Assembly: GCA_040222015.1 (NCBI GenBank)
Contig: JAVJWO010000171.1
Location: 1-64,000, forward strand
DNA: 64,000 nt
Source: Coleofasciculus chthonoplastes F2-STO-03
GTDB taxonomy: Bacteria > Cyanobacteriota > Cyanobacteriia > Cyanobacteriales > Coleofasciculaceae
Direction of reading: 5' to 3'
In this document: in pieces, positions 32,226 through 43,424 of the stretch
Layout of the letters: every line of letters begins with the position of its first letter
How positions within the stretch are numbered: position 1 is the first letter of the stretch
Program-made: the position numbers and the translations under genes
Notes under the pieces: model-generated
The model's database searches: none
What the model was told of the DNA's origin: nothing
Seen by the model: the letters and a program-made list of their open reading frames with translations, nothing else

Positions 32226-33848
32226 CTAAATGTCTAATCCGATCACCCTAAATTCCGGCAAATACTCCACCGTAAACTGATAGGATAACTCCTGACAAGC
32301 AAGAGAAGGTAAAGTCAGCCACCATTCCAACACACCCAACTCACCGATTTCCATTGAGGGATTAGCATCAGTCAGCCGAACTTTCAGTTGAGAATGACAA
32401 CTCACCGGCAGTTGTTCCATCACCTTAACCTGTGCATCTTGCTCCCGTAAATTTGCCACCGTTAACCGATACCCATACGTCGCTACTTCCCGCTGTTGAT
32501 TGCCAATCAGCTTCTTATCCATCTGTCGTTCCACCAGATACCGCTCAATTTTCAGCCCATCGTCCACACCCAAATCCATTTGAAACTCTTGACCTGGGGC
32601 AATATTCGGGATTTCGCTGATGCCAATAAACCTATTATCGCGAAAGATGGTTATCTGTCCTGGTAATAAAGTAACGCCATTCAACGGATTCCTAACCGCG
32701 GCTTTCAGGTAAGCAAAATTAAGTTGGCGCGACATCGCCACATATTCAGCCCTACAGGGATAATCATCTCTGTGGAAAATAGAGACCTTATGGCTCACCC
32801 CGTCACTGGGAATCGTTGCTTTACTGTCAAGAGTAAAGGTAACAATACCCTTTTGTCCCGGCTGTTCCCCCAGTTTCTTTTGGGCTCTCAACCGCTCTAA
32901 CTCGTCATCTATCGTCGGTTCAGGTTCTGGCGCTATCCCCGCAAAGGGCATATTCACCAATGTGGGGCGAGGTGCGTTATGCTCCTTTGGGTTGGTTGTT
33001 GTCCGATTCGCCAAAGCGCTAGGCTGTTGCAAATCAATATACCAAGGCGTAATTGGGGGAATTTGCCGCCCTACCCCCGGTTGAGCGGTGGAAAGAGTAA
33101 GCGCTACACCCAACCAATCCTCACCCGTGTTTTGGGTAATTTGAGCCAGGTAACTGAGTCGGGCGGTTTGCTGGCTATCTTGCCAATGGACATCATAGAC
33201 GGGTTGCCAACTTGCCCCCTTCACTCGGTAAGAAACTAAGAGCGCCAATTCACCCGCCCCCGCTGGTTCTAGGGTGACAATGATATTAAAGCTGTCATGA
33301 ATCTGGGGAGTAGAGAGCTGCTGAAACTGCCCTCGCACCGCTTGTAACTGAGTGTTGACCTGTTTTTGATCCTGATCCTGTTGCGCGATCGCACCCGATA
33401 AATTCTGCCACCGTTCTCCGACAAAATCCAGCAATTCCCCGATTTGAGTCAAGTTCAACGGTTCAGGATTTTGGGATTTTGTCAAGCGTTCCAGATACTG
33501 ATTGCCTAAATTTTTGATAAAATTCCGCTGTAAATTCAGCAACGTCAGCATATCTTGTCCCTGACGTCTTTGATCTTCTAACTGACCAATTTCTTCAGAC
33601 AGTTGGCTAACTTTGGGATGAGTCCCTTCACGAGTGCTGGTTTTTTCCGTCCGTACCTCCAATAATCGCCCCCCTGCATGACCCGTACTCGACACCTGAA
33701 CGGACTCACTCAGAAGCGTTACGGGCAAATTAGCAATCACCAGTTCCCGTTCCTCACCCGTTAGCTGCACAATCCCTCGGCGCGTGACTAGCGCCTGGTT
33801 ATCATACACTGTAACGTTACAAATTTCGGTATCTACCGTCTTATTCAT
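32226..33848 (-). CDS. DUF4140/DUF4139 (MuiA-like) protein
   Basis: VTVY...ALVTR, coiled coil, ASWQPVYD, QNTGEDW..V.LTLSTA, LLPG...FRD..FIG. Confidence 0.85.
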   Translation of the reverse strand: MNKTVDTEICNVTVYDNQALVTRRGIVQLTGEERELVIANLPVTLLSESVQVSSTGHAGGRLLEVRTEKTSTREGTHPKVSQLSEEIGQLEDQRRQGQDMLTLLNLQRNFIKNLGNQYLERLTKSQNPEPLNLTQIGELLDFVGERWQNLSGAIAQQDQDQKQVNTQLQAVRGQFQQLSTPQIHDSFNIIVTLEPAGAGELALLVSYRVKGASWQPVYDVHWQDSQQTARLSYLAQITQNTGEDWLGVALTLSTAQPGVGRQIPPITPWYIDLQQPSALANRTTTNPKEHNAPRPTLVNMPFAGIAPEPEPTIDDELERLRAQKKLGEQPGQKGIVTFTLDSKATIPSDGVSHKVSIFHRDDYPCRAEYVAMSRQLNFAYLKAAVRNPLNGVTLLPGQITIFRDNRFIGISEIPNIAPGQEFQMDLGVDDGLKIERYLVERQMDKKLIGNQQREVATYGYRLTVANLREQDAQVKVMEQLPVSCHSQLKVRLTDANPSMEIGELGVLEWWLTLPSLACQELSYQFTVEYLPEFRVIGLDI

Positions 33849-34061
33849 CCGTCCTTCTTTGTCCTCAAATCAAGCCCCCTACATTCATGTCGGAACCTGA
33901 ATATAAACCCAAAAATTACACGCCAAAATACTTAATGTTCAAAACATGATTTTTGCTACACCTGATTTATCCTCATTCCCAGTCGGTCAATCAGGACATT
34001 GCCTGGCACATCTGTAACATTGCGATCGCAACCGAAAACATTTCGGTCTATGAAATTCATT

Positions 34062-34967
34062 TTACCGATTTAGGGGTGCGATTCCCGCTAAATCCAGAAT
34101 CTGGGGAATCAAATCTTCTCGCTTAATCACCATAATATGCACACCCTGACATAATTGTCTCGCGAGTTGGATTTGTTCAGCGGCAATTTTCATCCCTTCT
34201 TGCAGTGGATCGGCGGCTTCTGCCAGTCGATCAATAATTGATTGGGGAATATTAACACCGGGAACGTATTTATTCAGAAATCGAGCATTTTTCGCCGATT
34301 TAATCAAAAATATCCCCGCTAAAATCGGCTTATCGGTGTCAGCCGCAATTTTATCCATAAACATTTCCAGCCGCTGGAAATCAGCAATCAGTTGACTCTG
34401 GAAAAACTGGGCACCCGCTTCTAGTTTACGCTCAAACCGACGTTGTAATCCAGACCAACTTTTTAACTGAGGGTCAACGGCGGCTCCAGCAAATAACTCT
34501 GTCTTTCCATCGGACAATGGCTTGTCATTAGCATCGAAACCGTTATTGAGTTTACTGATTAGCTGGAGCAAACGTACTGATTCTAGATCAAAAACGGGCT
34601 TGGCGTCAGGATGATCACCGACTTTTACCGGATCACCGGTGAGGGCAAGAATGTTACGAATGCCCAAAGCCTGCGCCCCCATCAGATCCGCCTGTAACCC
34701 CAATCGATTGCGATCGCGGCAAGCGATCTGACAGATCGGTTCTATCCCATGTTGGACTAAAATAGCGGCGGCGGCTAAAGAAGACATCCGCAACACTGCC
34801 CTAGATCCATCGGTAAGATTAACGGCATGAACGCGATTCTTTAGCGGTTTTGCCAAGTTAATCATCTGGCTAGCGTCACCTCCCTTGGGGGGGCTAACCT
34901 CCGCCGTAATTAAGAATTCCCCTGATTTAACGGCGTCTCGGAACGAGGGTTGAGTAAGGTTTGTCAT
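34062..34967 (-). CDS. metF: Methylenetetrahydrofolate reductase
   Basis: [37 protein letters not shown]. Confidence 0.9.
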   Translation of the reverse strand: MTNLTQPSFRDAVKSGEFLITAEVSPPKGGDASQMINLAKPLKNRVHAVNLTDGSRAVLRMSSLAAAAILVQHGIEPICQIACRDRNRLGLQADLMGAQALGIRNILALTGDPVKVGDHPDAKPVFDLESVRLLQLISKLNNGFDANDKPLSDGKTELFAGAAVDPQLKSWSGLQRRFERKLEAGAQFFQSQLIADFQRLEMFMDKIAADTDKPILAGIFLIKSAKNARFLNKYVPGVNIPQSIIDRLAEAADPLQEGMKIAAEQIQLARQLCQGVHIMVIKREDLIPQILDLAGIAPLNR

Positions 34968-35011
34968 TTGTCATTCGTCATTTGTCATTTGTCATTTGTC
35001 ATTTGTAATCC

Positions 35012-35137
35012 GCTTCCCCTGCTTCCCCTGCTTCCCCTGCTTCCCCTGCTTCCCCTGCTTCCCCTGCTTCCCCTGCTTCCCCTGCTTCCCCTGCTCCCCC
35101 TGCTTCCCCTGCTTCCCCTGCTCCCCCTGCTTCCCCA
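35012..35137. repeat. 9-mer STRR (GCTTCCCCT)n
   Basis: About 14 tandem copies; reverse-complement family of the yidD repeat. Confidence 0.95.
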
Positions 35138-35163
35138 TCTCCCAGACGCGCCATGGCACGTCT

Positions 35164-36174
35164 CTACAGAGGTGTAGAATACCCCATAGCTGCCTTGACT
35201 CGGGAGAGGGTTGAGAGAGCGATCGCTTCTGCTTTCTCCCGCCCTTGACGTAAGACTGACTCTAGATAACCCTTATCTTCCATCACGGCTTGATAGTTTT
35301 GCTGAATGGGTTTAAGGGCTTCAATTGTTGCCTCACTTAACACCGTTTTGAACTGTCCCCACCCCATATCCTGACATTCGGCGGCGACAGCTTCCTGGGT
35401 TTTCCCCGACAGTAGGGTATAAAGCGAGAGCAAGTTATGACACTCTGGACGTTCGGGATTGTCAAATTCTAGCCCCTTAATCGGATCAGTTTTACAGCGC
35501 TTAATTTTCTTTTGTATCTCCTCTGGAGAATCCAGCAGATTAATCCGACTCATCGGGGAGGGGTCAGATTTGGACATTTTTTTCGTGCCATCGGTGAGAC
35601 TCATCACCCGCGCTCCTTCTTTGCGGATTAAGGGTTCGGGCAATTTCAGCACGGGCTTTTTCTTGCTGCCATACTGGTCATTAATCCGAATCACAATATC
35701 ACGAGTCAGTTCGATATGTTGCTTTTGGTCTTCTCCTACGGGTACTAAATCCGCATCATACAGCAAAATATCGGCTGCCATCAGCACCGGGTAGTCTAGT
35801 AAACCTGTACTAACATTTTCGCCCTGCTTCACCGCCTTTTCTTTAAACTGAATCATCCGTTCTAGCCAATTTATAGGCGTGACGCAGTTAAACAGCCAGG
35901 TGAGTTCACAATGAGCGGGGATGTGAGATTGGACAAAGATGGTGGAATCGTTCAAATCAACCCCACAGGCTAGATATAACGCCGCGATGGTGTAGGTATC
36001 AGCGGCTAGAGTTGCTGGATTATGGGGCACCGTAATCGCGTGTAAATCGACGACGCAAAAGAAATTTTCATACTGACTCTGGGCTTCTACCCAATTACGG
36101 ATTGCTCCGAGATAGTTACCCAGGTGAAGATTTCCAGTTGGTTGAACTCCAGAGAGAACCCGCTTTTTGCCCAT
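35164..36174 (-). CDS. trpS: Tryptophan--tRNA ligase
   Basis: HLGN (HIGH), [26 protein letters not shown]. Confidence 0.97.
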   Translation of the reverse strand: MGKKRVLSGVQPTGNLHLGNYLGAIRNWVEAQSQYENFFCVVDLHAITVPHNPATLAADTYTIAALYLACGVDLNDSTIFVQSHIPAHCELTWLFNCVTPINWLERMIQFKEKAVKQGENVSTGLLDYPVLMAADILLYDADLVPVGEDQKQHIELTRDIVIRINDQYGSKKKPVLKLPEPLIRKEGARVMSLTDGTKKMSKSDPSPMSRINLLDSPEEIQKKIKRCKTDPIKGLEFDNPERPECHNLLSLYTLLSGKTQEAVAAECQDMGWGQFKTVLSEATIEALKPIQQNYQAVMEDKGYLESVLRQGREKAEAIALSTLSRVKAAMGYSTPL

Positions 36175-36518
36175 TGATATTGGTTAAGGATGATGATCTG
36201 CTCTATCAATTTTGCCATTACCTCGGTCGTTATGGCAGGAAAACGGTATTTTTTTGTTAATTGTAAAGTTTTTGCTAAAATCACTATGAAATCTAAACGC
36301 CAAAATCGCTTGCTGTTCCCAGGTAGGACTAGATGGGCGGAGATTAAACAATCGGTGATCAGTGTCTGGATGCTCAAGACGCAGCAGTTCCTCGGGGTTG
36401 GACGTAGAACTGAATTCACACCTTGAGGAAATTTCCAACTCCAGTCCTTGTGCAAATGGCAAGCACGGCTGATCATTACAATTGGTGATAACTTTCTTAA
36501 ATTTTGATTGAACGGCTC

Positions 36519-36854
36519 ATGGCTAAAATTCAATTTATTAGAGGCATTGACGAAGAAGTTGTACCTGATGTGCGCCTGACTCGCTCTCGTGATGGCAGCA
36601 ATGGTACGGCAACATTTTATTTTGATAATCCCAAGGCGCTTAATGGCAACTATGGTGAAGAAATAACAGGTATATACCTGATGGATGAAGAAGGAGATCT
36701 GGTCAGCCGAGAGGTTAAAGGCAAATTTGTCAATGGACAACCGACGGCATTAGAAGCAATTGTGATCATGAAATCGCAAGAAGAATGGGATCGTTTTATG
36801 CGTTTCATGGAGCGCTATGCTGAGGAGAATGGTTTAGGATTCAGTAAATCTTGA
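36519..36854 (+). CDS. psb28: Photosystem II assembly factor Psb28
   Basis: [25 protein letters not shown]...[19 protein letters not shown]. Confidence 0.95.
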   Translation: MAKIQFIRGIDEEVVPDVRLTRSRDGSNGTATFYFDNPKALNGNYGEEITGIYLMDEEGDLVSREVKGKFVNGQPTALEAIVIMKSQEEWDRFMRFMERYAEENGLGFSKS

Positions 36855-36978
36855 TTCTCCAGTAGCCACGACAGAAGTTTTCCACCCGTTTTTTCGGGGC
36901 GGGTTTCACCGATAACACTGGGGGAAAAACTGATAACTGTACTAAACCCGTCCCTCTAGGGAAAATAGAGGATATGAT

Positions 36979-37482
36979 ATGACTCATCAGCCTCATCCCA
37001 ATATAGGCTCAAGATCGATCGCGACTGCTGTGGTGACAGTCAGTGATACGCGATCGCAGAACTCTGATCGCAGTGGTTCGTGCATCCAGCAATTGCTGCG
37101 TGATGCGGGTCATGCGGTTGTCGCTTACGAAATTCTCAAGGATGAACCGAACCAGATTCAGACTTATCTGCAAGCCCTCGCCCAGCGTTCGGATATTCAG
37201 GCTGTCGTGGTTAACGGGGGTACGGGGATTGCGGCGCGAGATACCACCTATGATGCCTTAGCGAGTTTATTAGAGAAGACCTTACCCGGATTTGGTGAGG
37301 TCTTTCGTTGGCTCAGTTACCAAGAGATTGGCTCACGCGCGATCGCTTCACGGGCTGTCGCTGGAGTGTATCGCCGTAAGCTGGTTTTCTCCCTTCCTGG
37401 TTCTACGGGAGCGGTCACACTCGCCATGGAGAAGCTCATTTTACCAGAGTTGATTCATCTAGTCACTCAGTTGGAGAAATAA
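36979..37482 (+). CDS. moaB: Molybdenum cofactor biosynthesis protein MoaB/MogA
   Basis: TVSD, D.SG, GGTG...RDTT, LPGFGE.FR, SRA.AG, FSLPGS. Confidence 0.9.
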   Translation: MTHQPHPNIGSRSIATAVVTVSDTRSQNSDRSGSCIQQLLRDAGHAVVAYEILKDEPNQIQTYLQALAQRSDIQAVVVNGGTGIAARDTTYDALASLLEKTLPGFGEVFRWLSYQEIGSRAIASRAVAGVYRRKLVFSLPGSTGAVTLAMEKLILPELIHLVTQLEK

Positions 37483-37512
37483 ATTTTCCCGATTAATTTG
37501 TTGGCTCAGGAG

Positions 37513-37541
37513 TTGACAAGCCCAAAAATGTTCGTTATATT
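37513..37541 (+). promoter_or_regulatory. Sigma70-type promoter of tRNA-Glu
   Basis: TTGACA-17 bp-TATATT, 20 bp upstream of the tRNA. Confidence 0.75.
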
Positions 37542-37561
37542 TATTAACGTCTGAGAAACAA

Positions 37562-37634
37562 GCCCCCATCGTCTAGAGGCCTAGGACACCTCCCTTTCAC
37601 GGAGGCGACAGGGATTCGAATTCCCTTGGGGGTA
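37562..37634 (+). tRNA. trnE: tRNA-Glu (TTC)
   Basis: Acceptor GCCCCCA/TGGGGGT, anticodon arm CCTCC-CTTTCAC-GGAGG, T-loop TTCGAAT; CCA not encoded. Confidence 0.97.
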
Positions 37635-37790
37635 TCAAAATATTAAAGGTAGAGGTGTTACAGGTAACGTCTCTACTATTCTTTTGTGTACTATTTTGGG
37701 CGTTGTGGCTTGGAACTGGAGTTTATACCAAGTTTGTAGTCCAAATAGACTGACTCGATTTGGTTTTAGATCATTTGCCGCAGTGCTACC

Positions 37791-39620
37791 CTACGATCCT
37801 GGTGTCTCTGGCGTTTCCGGTGTCTCTGGTGTTTCCGGTATCTCTGGCGTTTCCGGTATTTCCGGCGTTTCCGGTATTTCCGGTGTCTCTGGTGTTTCCG
37901 GTGTCTCTGGTGTTTCTGGTGTTTCCGGTGTTTCCGGGTTCTCTAGCTGACTGGATATGGTTTGAAACCGCTCAGGCGAACCCAGGGAGTAATCCTCTAG
38001 GCGAAAATCCCCAAAGGGTGTCTTTTCCAAGCGCGATCGCAAGGCTTCATCGACGATTACGCCAGGGGTTTTATTTTTCACGCCAATAATAATCATACTC
38101 CGTTGGTAAGACGTGGCATCTTGATCCGGCTGACAATTGTCTCCGTTAAATTGACCCAAATTTAATAGGCGATAATTTTCGACTGAGGCTACATCCCGAA
38201 ATAACTTTTTGGCTAACAGTTGGATTTGTTCGGCACGTTGAAAGGCTCGCCGTTCTTCTCCCACTGGTGTTCCTTCACAGGAAGCGGTTCCCACGGAAAT
38301 AATTTCACTGGGATTTTCCATCAGACTCTGTATCCCTTCCTCCTCCAAATTTGACCGTAACGCATCAATAGGGATCATCTGCTGATTATAGTTAACTTGA
38401 AACGTACTCCCCAGTTTCCATTTATATTCCCGTGAAAGTACCGCGACACTAAATTCAGCCGTTCTCCCTTCACTATCGGCTCCCTCCACGTAAGGAAAAT
38501 AATCCACATCTCCCTTTCTTTGCGGCGCTTGTGCTGGGGTAAATATCCAAACCCATTGGGAATTTAACCCGCCTGAACCGATAATCCCAATCCCTAAAAT
38601 GACCAGTATTGCTAACACTAAAATTAGCACTTGCCAGCGCCCAGAGTGGCGTTCTGGGGCGGGTTCGGGTTGAGGGAGGGGAGCGACTCCCACTTTCAGG
38701 GTTTCCGTCAATGTGGCGGGTTGATGCTCTAAGGTATCTAGGCGTTGTAAAATAGCTTGGGCAGTTGGCGGGCGATCGCGAACCTGTCGTGCCATTAATT
38801 CATCGATAAATTGCAATAAGTTTGGGGAAATCCCGGTGGTGTGATTCCGCCAGTTTAATTCATCGGTTTGAGCATCATACAACTGGCTGGGATGATGTCC
38901 GGTTAACAAAAAGACGAAAGTACGTCCCAAGGACAAGAAATCCGATTGTCTTACCGCTTCCCCATTCATTTGTTCGGGGGCGGTATACCCGGATGAAATA
39001 ACGGCTGTAATCCCGCCACCTGCGCCCACTTTAGCTAGATAGGTGCGGGTGACTTCCCGCGCTGTACCAAAATCAATTAACACCAACTGCCCATCAGGGC
39101 GGAGCATAATATTAGAGGGTTTAATATCCCGATGCAGATACTGCTGATCATGAATAAGCTGTAGAATAATCCCAAGCTGTTTTAACCACGCGATCGCTTG
39201 CGCCTCAGAAATGGGTCGATTGTGCTGTTGTTCTAACCACTGCTCTAAGGTGGGTCCGTCTATCTTTTCCATCACCAAGCAGTGCAACCCCAACCCATTC
39301 CGCGTCTGATAGAGGAACGAACTATCAACTTGCGGAATCCCCGGATGATTCAGTCGCCCTAACACAACCGCCTCTTGTTCAAACAATTCCACCGCCTTGG
39401 CGTCACTGTTGAGGTGATCCTTGAGAACTTTGAGGATTTTCGGCGTACTTCCTTCGTAGACTTCGTAGATATTGCCAAAGCCACTCTTATCACTAATCAG
39501 GCGCATCACCCGATAACGCCCATTCAGCAGCAATTCTGAGCCACAGCTTTGACAGAAGCGCTGATGCTCATTCTCTGAGGTGTCGGGTTTTGGGCAAGTG
39601 GGGTTAATGCAAAGGGGCAT
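37791..39620 (-). CDS. Ser/Thr protein kinase (4-Cys prefix, TM, extracytoplasmic domain, PET-repeat tail)
   Basis: CINPTC...CQSCG prefix, HRDIKPSN, DFG, GYTAPE, one TM helix, (PET)n terminus. Confidence 0.92.
   Translation of the reverse strand: MPLCINPTCPKPDTSENEHQRFCQSCGSELLLNGRYRVMRLISDKSGFGNIYEVYEGSTPKILKVLKDHLNSDAKAVELFEQEAVVLGRLNHPGIPQVDSSFLYQTRNGLGLHCLVMEKIDGPTLEQWLEQQHNRPISEAQAIAWLKQLGIILQLIHDQQYLHRDIKPSNIMLRPDGQLVLIDFGTAREVTRTYLAKVGAGGGITAVISSGYTAPEQMNGEAVRQSDFLSLGRTFVFLLTGHHPSQLYDAQTDELNWRNHTTGISPNLLQFIDELMARQVRDRPPTAQAILQRLDTLEHQPATLTETLKVGVAPLPQPEPAPERHSGRWQVLILVLAILVILGIGIIGSGGLNSQWVWIFTPAQAPQRKGDVDYFPYVEGADSEGRTAEFSVAVLSREYKWKLGSTFQVNYNQQMIPIDALRSNLEEEGIQSLMENPSEIISVGTASCEGTPVGEERRAFQRAEQIQLLAKKLFRDVASVENYRLLNLGQFNGDNCQPDQDATSYQRSMIIIGVKNKTPGVIVDEALRSRLEKTPFGDFRLEDYSLGSPERFQTISSQLENPETPETPETPETPETPETPEIPETPEIPETPEIPETPETPETPETPGS
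37798..37940. repeat. 9-mer tandem repeat encoding (P-E-T/I)n
   Basis: About 15 copies of a GGTGTTTCC-like unit. Confidence 0.9.
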
Positions 39621-39854
39621 AGGTGGCGATAGAATAGCGACAGTCTACCTATCTCACTATAAATGAATCGGGTTAAACCGCTTCACCGTTTACAGCTCAA
39701 CAGCCAGGGGAACCCGCCGCCATCTGTCCCACATCACCCATTCGCAGCAGCTCACAGCCTACCATTGGTGTAGGGGTTCTTTCATTGCCGTGTCCTTACT
39801 TTCATCTACCCCTTGTTAAAATTCAATAATCGACATCTACATAAAAAGAGAGCT

Positions 39855-40253
39855 ATGAATCAACGACCTGGGGAAGTAATTGCTATCTCTATTGCTTGTA
39901 TCTACTTGAGTATTTATTGGCTAATAGTTTGGTTTAGTCTACTCCTATTACAAACATGGGGCAATATAGAGATGGAGATACTTGTCGATTCGCCATTACA
40001 TTTTATAGGACAACTTATTTTTCGTATATTACCCGTTACTGCTGGATTATCAACGATAATTGTTTGTAGTTTTTTTAATTTAAATACCTGGTCATGGTTC
40101 GCAATGTTTTCGCTTCAAATTATCTATATTGCTTTTGCATTTTTCACGATGTTAATTGGCTTTGGTTTAATCATAATTATCAGCATTTTTGTCCCAGTTA
40201 TAATTTTAATCTTACTGAATAAATCAAGTGTGAAAGAAGCATTTAAATCTTAG
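39855..40253 (+). CDS. Hypothetical membrane protein (4 TM, AT-rich)
   Basis: Hydrophobic ORF starting MNQRPGEV and ending VKEAFKS. Confidence 0.65.
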   Translation: MNQRPGEVIAISIACIYLSIYWLIVWFSLLLLQTWGNIEMEILVDSPLHFIGQLIFRILPVTAGLSTIIVCSFFNLNTWSWFAMFSLQIIYIAFAFFTMLIGFGLIIIISIFVPVIILILLNKSSVKEAFKS

Positions 40254-40445
40254 CATTTTATACTAGAAAAATCTAGCTTTTCTAATATAACAAAAATTTC
40301 CAATAATCAAATTTGATATTGCCCGGAATTGGACACCAAAAGCGTTGCGATTTATAAGTAGGTAGGCACAATAAAAGTTAATGAAGCAGATCATCATTTG
40401 TCCTTAATGATGAAAGTCTTGTAGTGCGAGCATCTTGCTCGCTAC

Positions 40446-40548
40446 TATAGCAATCCTAAATAGGATGCAACAAGCGAAAAGCTCGAAAACCAGGCATAGC
40501 AAGGGTTTCATTTTTGAAAATTGCCACAACCTAAATAGGATTGCTATA
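40446..40548. mobile_element. TA-flanked MITE (TAGCAATCCTA...TAGGATTGCTA) nested in another repeat
   Basis: Terminal inverted repeats plus TA duplication; the empty site is visible at 7245-7283. Confidence 0.85.
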
Positions 40549-40958
40549 ATAGCCAATTTAAATGCATGACAGCTTACTTCGATACTAACCATATTAGCAA
40601 CTTGCCCAGCCACGCGATCGCACGCACCACGCACATTGACGCCAGCCTATCTCACCAGAAACTAGGGGTTTTGTCCTCCACGCGATCGCACAATCCTCTA
40701 TAGTGGTGTAATGCCTCATGCTGAGTCAATCCCTGGCGTAGTGGAAACAGAAGCACCATTTCATCGAGCTGTGCGATCGCGCTACTATGTATGGATAGTC
40801 AACTTAAGTCCTGTTGAAAAGGAAATCACGGCTAAACACAGTCCGCCTACGCGGACTAATGTGTCTGTGGAAACCCGCGCAGGCGGGTTTTGTTTGTGTA
40901 GCTGCGGTTTCAACCGCTATTAACTAATAAACCCTATTCCCTATTCCTTATTCCTATC

Positions 40959-43166
40959 ATGTCCAATCGCGCCGAAACCCTAGCTAAAATTATAGAACAA
41001 CGCCAACCCTTAGTTCAGAGCATCGCTGATGTCGAGGAACATCTGAGAAATCTGACCAACTTGCTCCGCTCCCTAGATCAACGGCGTCATATCTTAAAGG
41101 ATAAACTAGACCAACCCGAATTGTGCGATCGCCTCACCAAAATCGACTTTTCTCCATTGCGCTTACAGATTAGCACGCAACTGGAGCAGTTGCATCAACT
41201 TCGCGATCGCTTCTCCCGCCCTACCTTAAATATTGGCGTCGTTGGACTCATGGGTCAAGGGAAAAGTACCTTCCTCCAGAGTATCAGTGGACTCTCCGAT
41301 GACGAAATCCCCGCCCTCCGAGGTGGTGCTTGTACCGCCGTTCGCAGCACCATTTATCATCAACCCGGAGACACCTACGCCGAGGTAACCGTTCATTCTG
41401 AACAAACCTTTTTACCAGAAGTCATTCAACCCTATTACCAGGAATTAGACTTAGGCAATCCCCCCAACACCATAGATGAATTTGCCGGAACCTTGCCAGA
41501 ATTTTCGGGAACCGATGCAACCAAAAAGTCCATGTATGAGCATCTCAAAGAAGATTATCATAAACACTTACCCATGTACAGACATTTACTCCTGTCTGGC
41601 GCCCCCCGAAAACTCCCCCCCATTCCCAAAGAACGGATTCATGAATATGTCGCCCAACGCCGCTTTCCCCAAGGCGAACTAATTACCTTTGACCATTTAG
41701 CCGTTCGCGAAGTTAAAATCTTCTGTCCATTCAAAAATTCCGACGTCGGTAAAATTGCCCTAGTCGATGTACCCGGTTTAGGAGATACTCGTTTAGGCGA
41801 TGAAAAACTTATCCTAGAAACCATCGGAAAAGAGGTAGATTTAGTAATTTTTATTCGCCGCCCCGATAGACTCCGCTACGGATGGGAAAAACGAGATACA
41901 GACTTATATAATACCGCAGCCGAAGCATTAAACAATCTAGAGAATCGCTCGTTTATGATTCTTAACCATGTCACCGGAACCGATGATAACCTAGAAGCCT
42001 GTCAGAAACATCAAACCAGTATCCACGATAAACATATTGATGTCATCCGCTGCAAAATTGCCGATTGTTCTAATCCAGAGGAAACCAATGCGATACTCGA
42101 CTTAGTTCTCAACTATCTGGCAAATAACATCACCTACTTAGATGAACAACACGCCCGCGTTTACCAGAAAAAACTGAAGGAACTGCAAATCTTGATTAAT
42201 GCGGAACTAGAGAAAGCCCGTCTGGTTTGGTCAGGTGGCTTAATTGTTGATGATATCAATGAGCAAGGCAAATTTTTGCGCCTATTCAATAAACTATGGG
42301 CAAATCTAACGCGGGGACTAGAAGAATTATTAGATCAGCTCGATATCGCCAAGGATCGTGATGAACAAGATATCTTTAAACAACAGGTTGAATCCATTAT
42401 CCAAACCTGCAAAAGTGATACAGGCATCCCCACCGAGGAACCCATAAACGAAATCATTGCCCGACGCTTTGAAGAAGGAGATTGGCAAACGACTTATGCC
42501 AAATATCTCCATGAAATTCGCAATCATCTCACTCGCCATTTTCACGCTATGGACATGGGACTAAAAGAGTACGTGAAACAGGCAAAATCTCAAGTTACAG
42601 AGGTACTGGTAAATCAAGGAAATTTCGGAGAACTCACCCCAGCCAGAGGATCAGAATTTCTTAAAGCCATGGCAGAAATCATTCCTGATAATTTAGTCCG
42701 ACTCAAGCACGCTTTCCAAACCCTATCAAATTTTGAAATGTCCTATAAAGCCAACTTTCACTATCGGATTCGTCCTCATTTAGATAATCTTAATCCCGAT
42801 AAAACCAATCTCCGTTTGTCGGCATCAAATGCCATGGACTCGCGAGAGATTAAGGCACAGGAAATCTTCACCTATTTGGAAACATTACAAGAAGAAGCCT
42901 TGTTTAAATGTCAACACGCCTTAGAAGATTTTTACGGTGAACCGGGTCAAGCTGCGTTTGCTGAAGTTGAAGAATTTGTTGATCAGGTACTGCGAGCCAA
43001 AGATGTCAAGAATGAATGGCAAATCTTTTTATTCCAAGAAAAAGCTCAGGTTTGGTCGAAGGAATTTGGCGATAATCAAGAAGGTGATGATCGTCAACAA
43101 TGGTTATCATTAGTGGATCAATCAATAGCCGCTAACTCCCTAAAACAACTCCAGTTTTTGAATTGA
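40959..43166 (+). CDS. Dynamin-like GTPase
   Basis: N-terminal helical neck; G1 GLMGQGKST, G2 ACT, G3 DVPGLGD, G4 region ILNH; long helical C-terminus. Confidence 0.8.
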   Translation: MSNRAETLAKIIEQRQPLVQSIADVEEHLRNLTNLLRSLDQRRHILKDKLDQPELCDRLTKIDFSPLRLQISTQLEQLHQLRDRFSRPTLNIGVVGLMGQGKSTFLQSISGLSDDEIPALRGGACTAVRSTIYHQPGDTYAEVTVHSEQTFLPEVIQPYYQELDLGNPPNTIDEFAGTLPEFSGTDATKKSMYEHLKEDYHKHLPMYRHLLLSGAPRKLPPIPKERIHEYVAQRRFPQGELITFDHLAVREVKIFCPFKNSDVGKIALVDVPGLGDTRLGDEKLILETIGKEVDLVIFIRRPDRLRYGWEKRDTDLYNTAAEALNNLENRSFMILNHVTGTDDNLEACQKHQTSIHDKHIDVIRCKIADCSNPEETNAILDLVLNYLANNITYLDEQHARVYQKKLKELQILINAELEKARLVWSGGLIVDDINEQGKFLRLFNKLWANLTRGLEELLDQLDIAKDRDEQDIFKQQVESIIQTCKSDTGIPTEEPINEIIARRFEEGDWQTTYAKYLHEIRNHLTRHFHAMDMGLKEYVKQAKSQVTEVLVNQGNFGELTPARGSEFLKAMAEIIPDNLVRLKHAFQTLSNFEMSYKANFHYRIRPHLDNLNPDKTNLRLSASNAMDSREIKAQEIFTYLETLQEEALFKCQHALEDFYGEPGQAAFAEVEEFVDQVLRAKDVKNEWQIFLFQEKAQVWSKEFGDNQEGDDRQQWLSLVDQSIAANSLKQLQFLN

Positions 43167-43193
43167 TTTAGACTTGGCGCGATCAATTCGCTC

Positions 43194-43407
43194 GTAGTGA
43201 GCGCTTTAGCGCCGTTCGTAGTGAGCGCTTTAGCGCTCTTTCATAAGAACTGGATTTCAGCGACTCACCCCTACATCCTACATGAGATACACAGACTTGT
43301 TCTAGAATTATATTAAAATTAAAGGCAGGTTTTGTATAAAAGTTAAAAAAACAATCAATAGTAATCCCTAAACCCGCCCCTACAGACGTGTTATGGCGCG
43401 TCTCTAC
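43194..43407. repeat. REP cluster between the two GTPase genes
   Basis: Two GTAGTGAGCGCTTTAGCGC copies, one AAACCCGCCCCTAC doublet, one AGACG..CGTCTCTAC. Confidence 0.8.
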
Positions 43408-43424
43408 CCAAAGTATGGAGAAAG

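Noticed and set aside
34950..35214. ORFs of (LPL)n and (CFP)n that resemble Cys-rich peptides
   Set aside because: Stop-free reading of the STRR repeats; they overlap the ends of metF and trpS
36087..36740. 217-aa minus-strand ORF
   Set aside because: Antisense to psb28 and overlapping the trpS start; no domain signal
37684..38089. ORFs of (SGV)n and (FPV)n
   Set aside because: Antisense shadows of the kinase PET repeat
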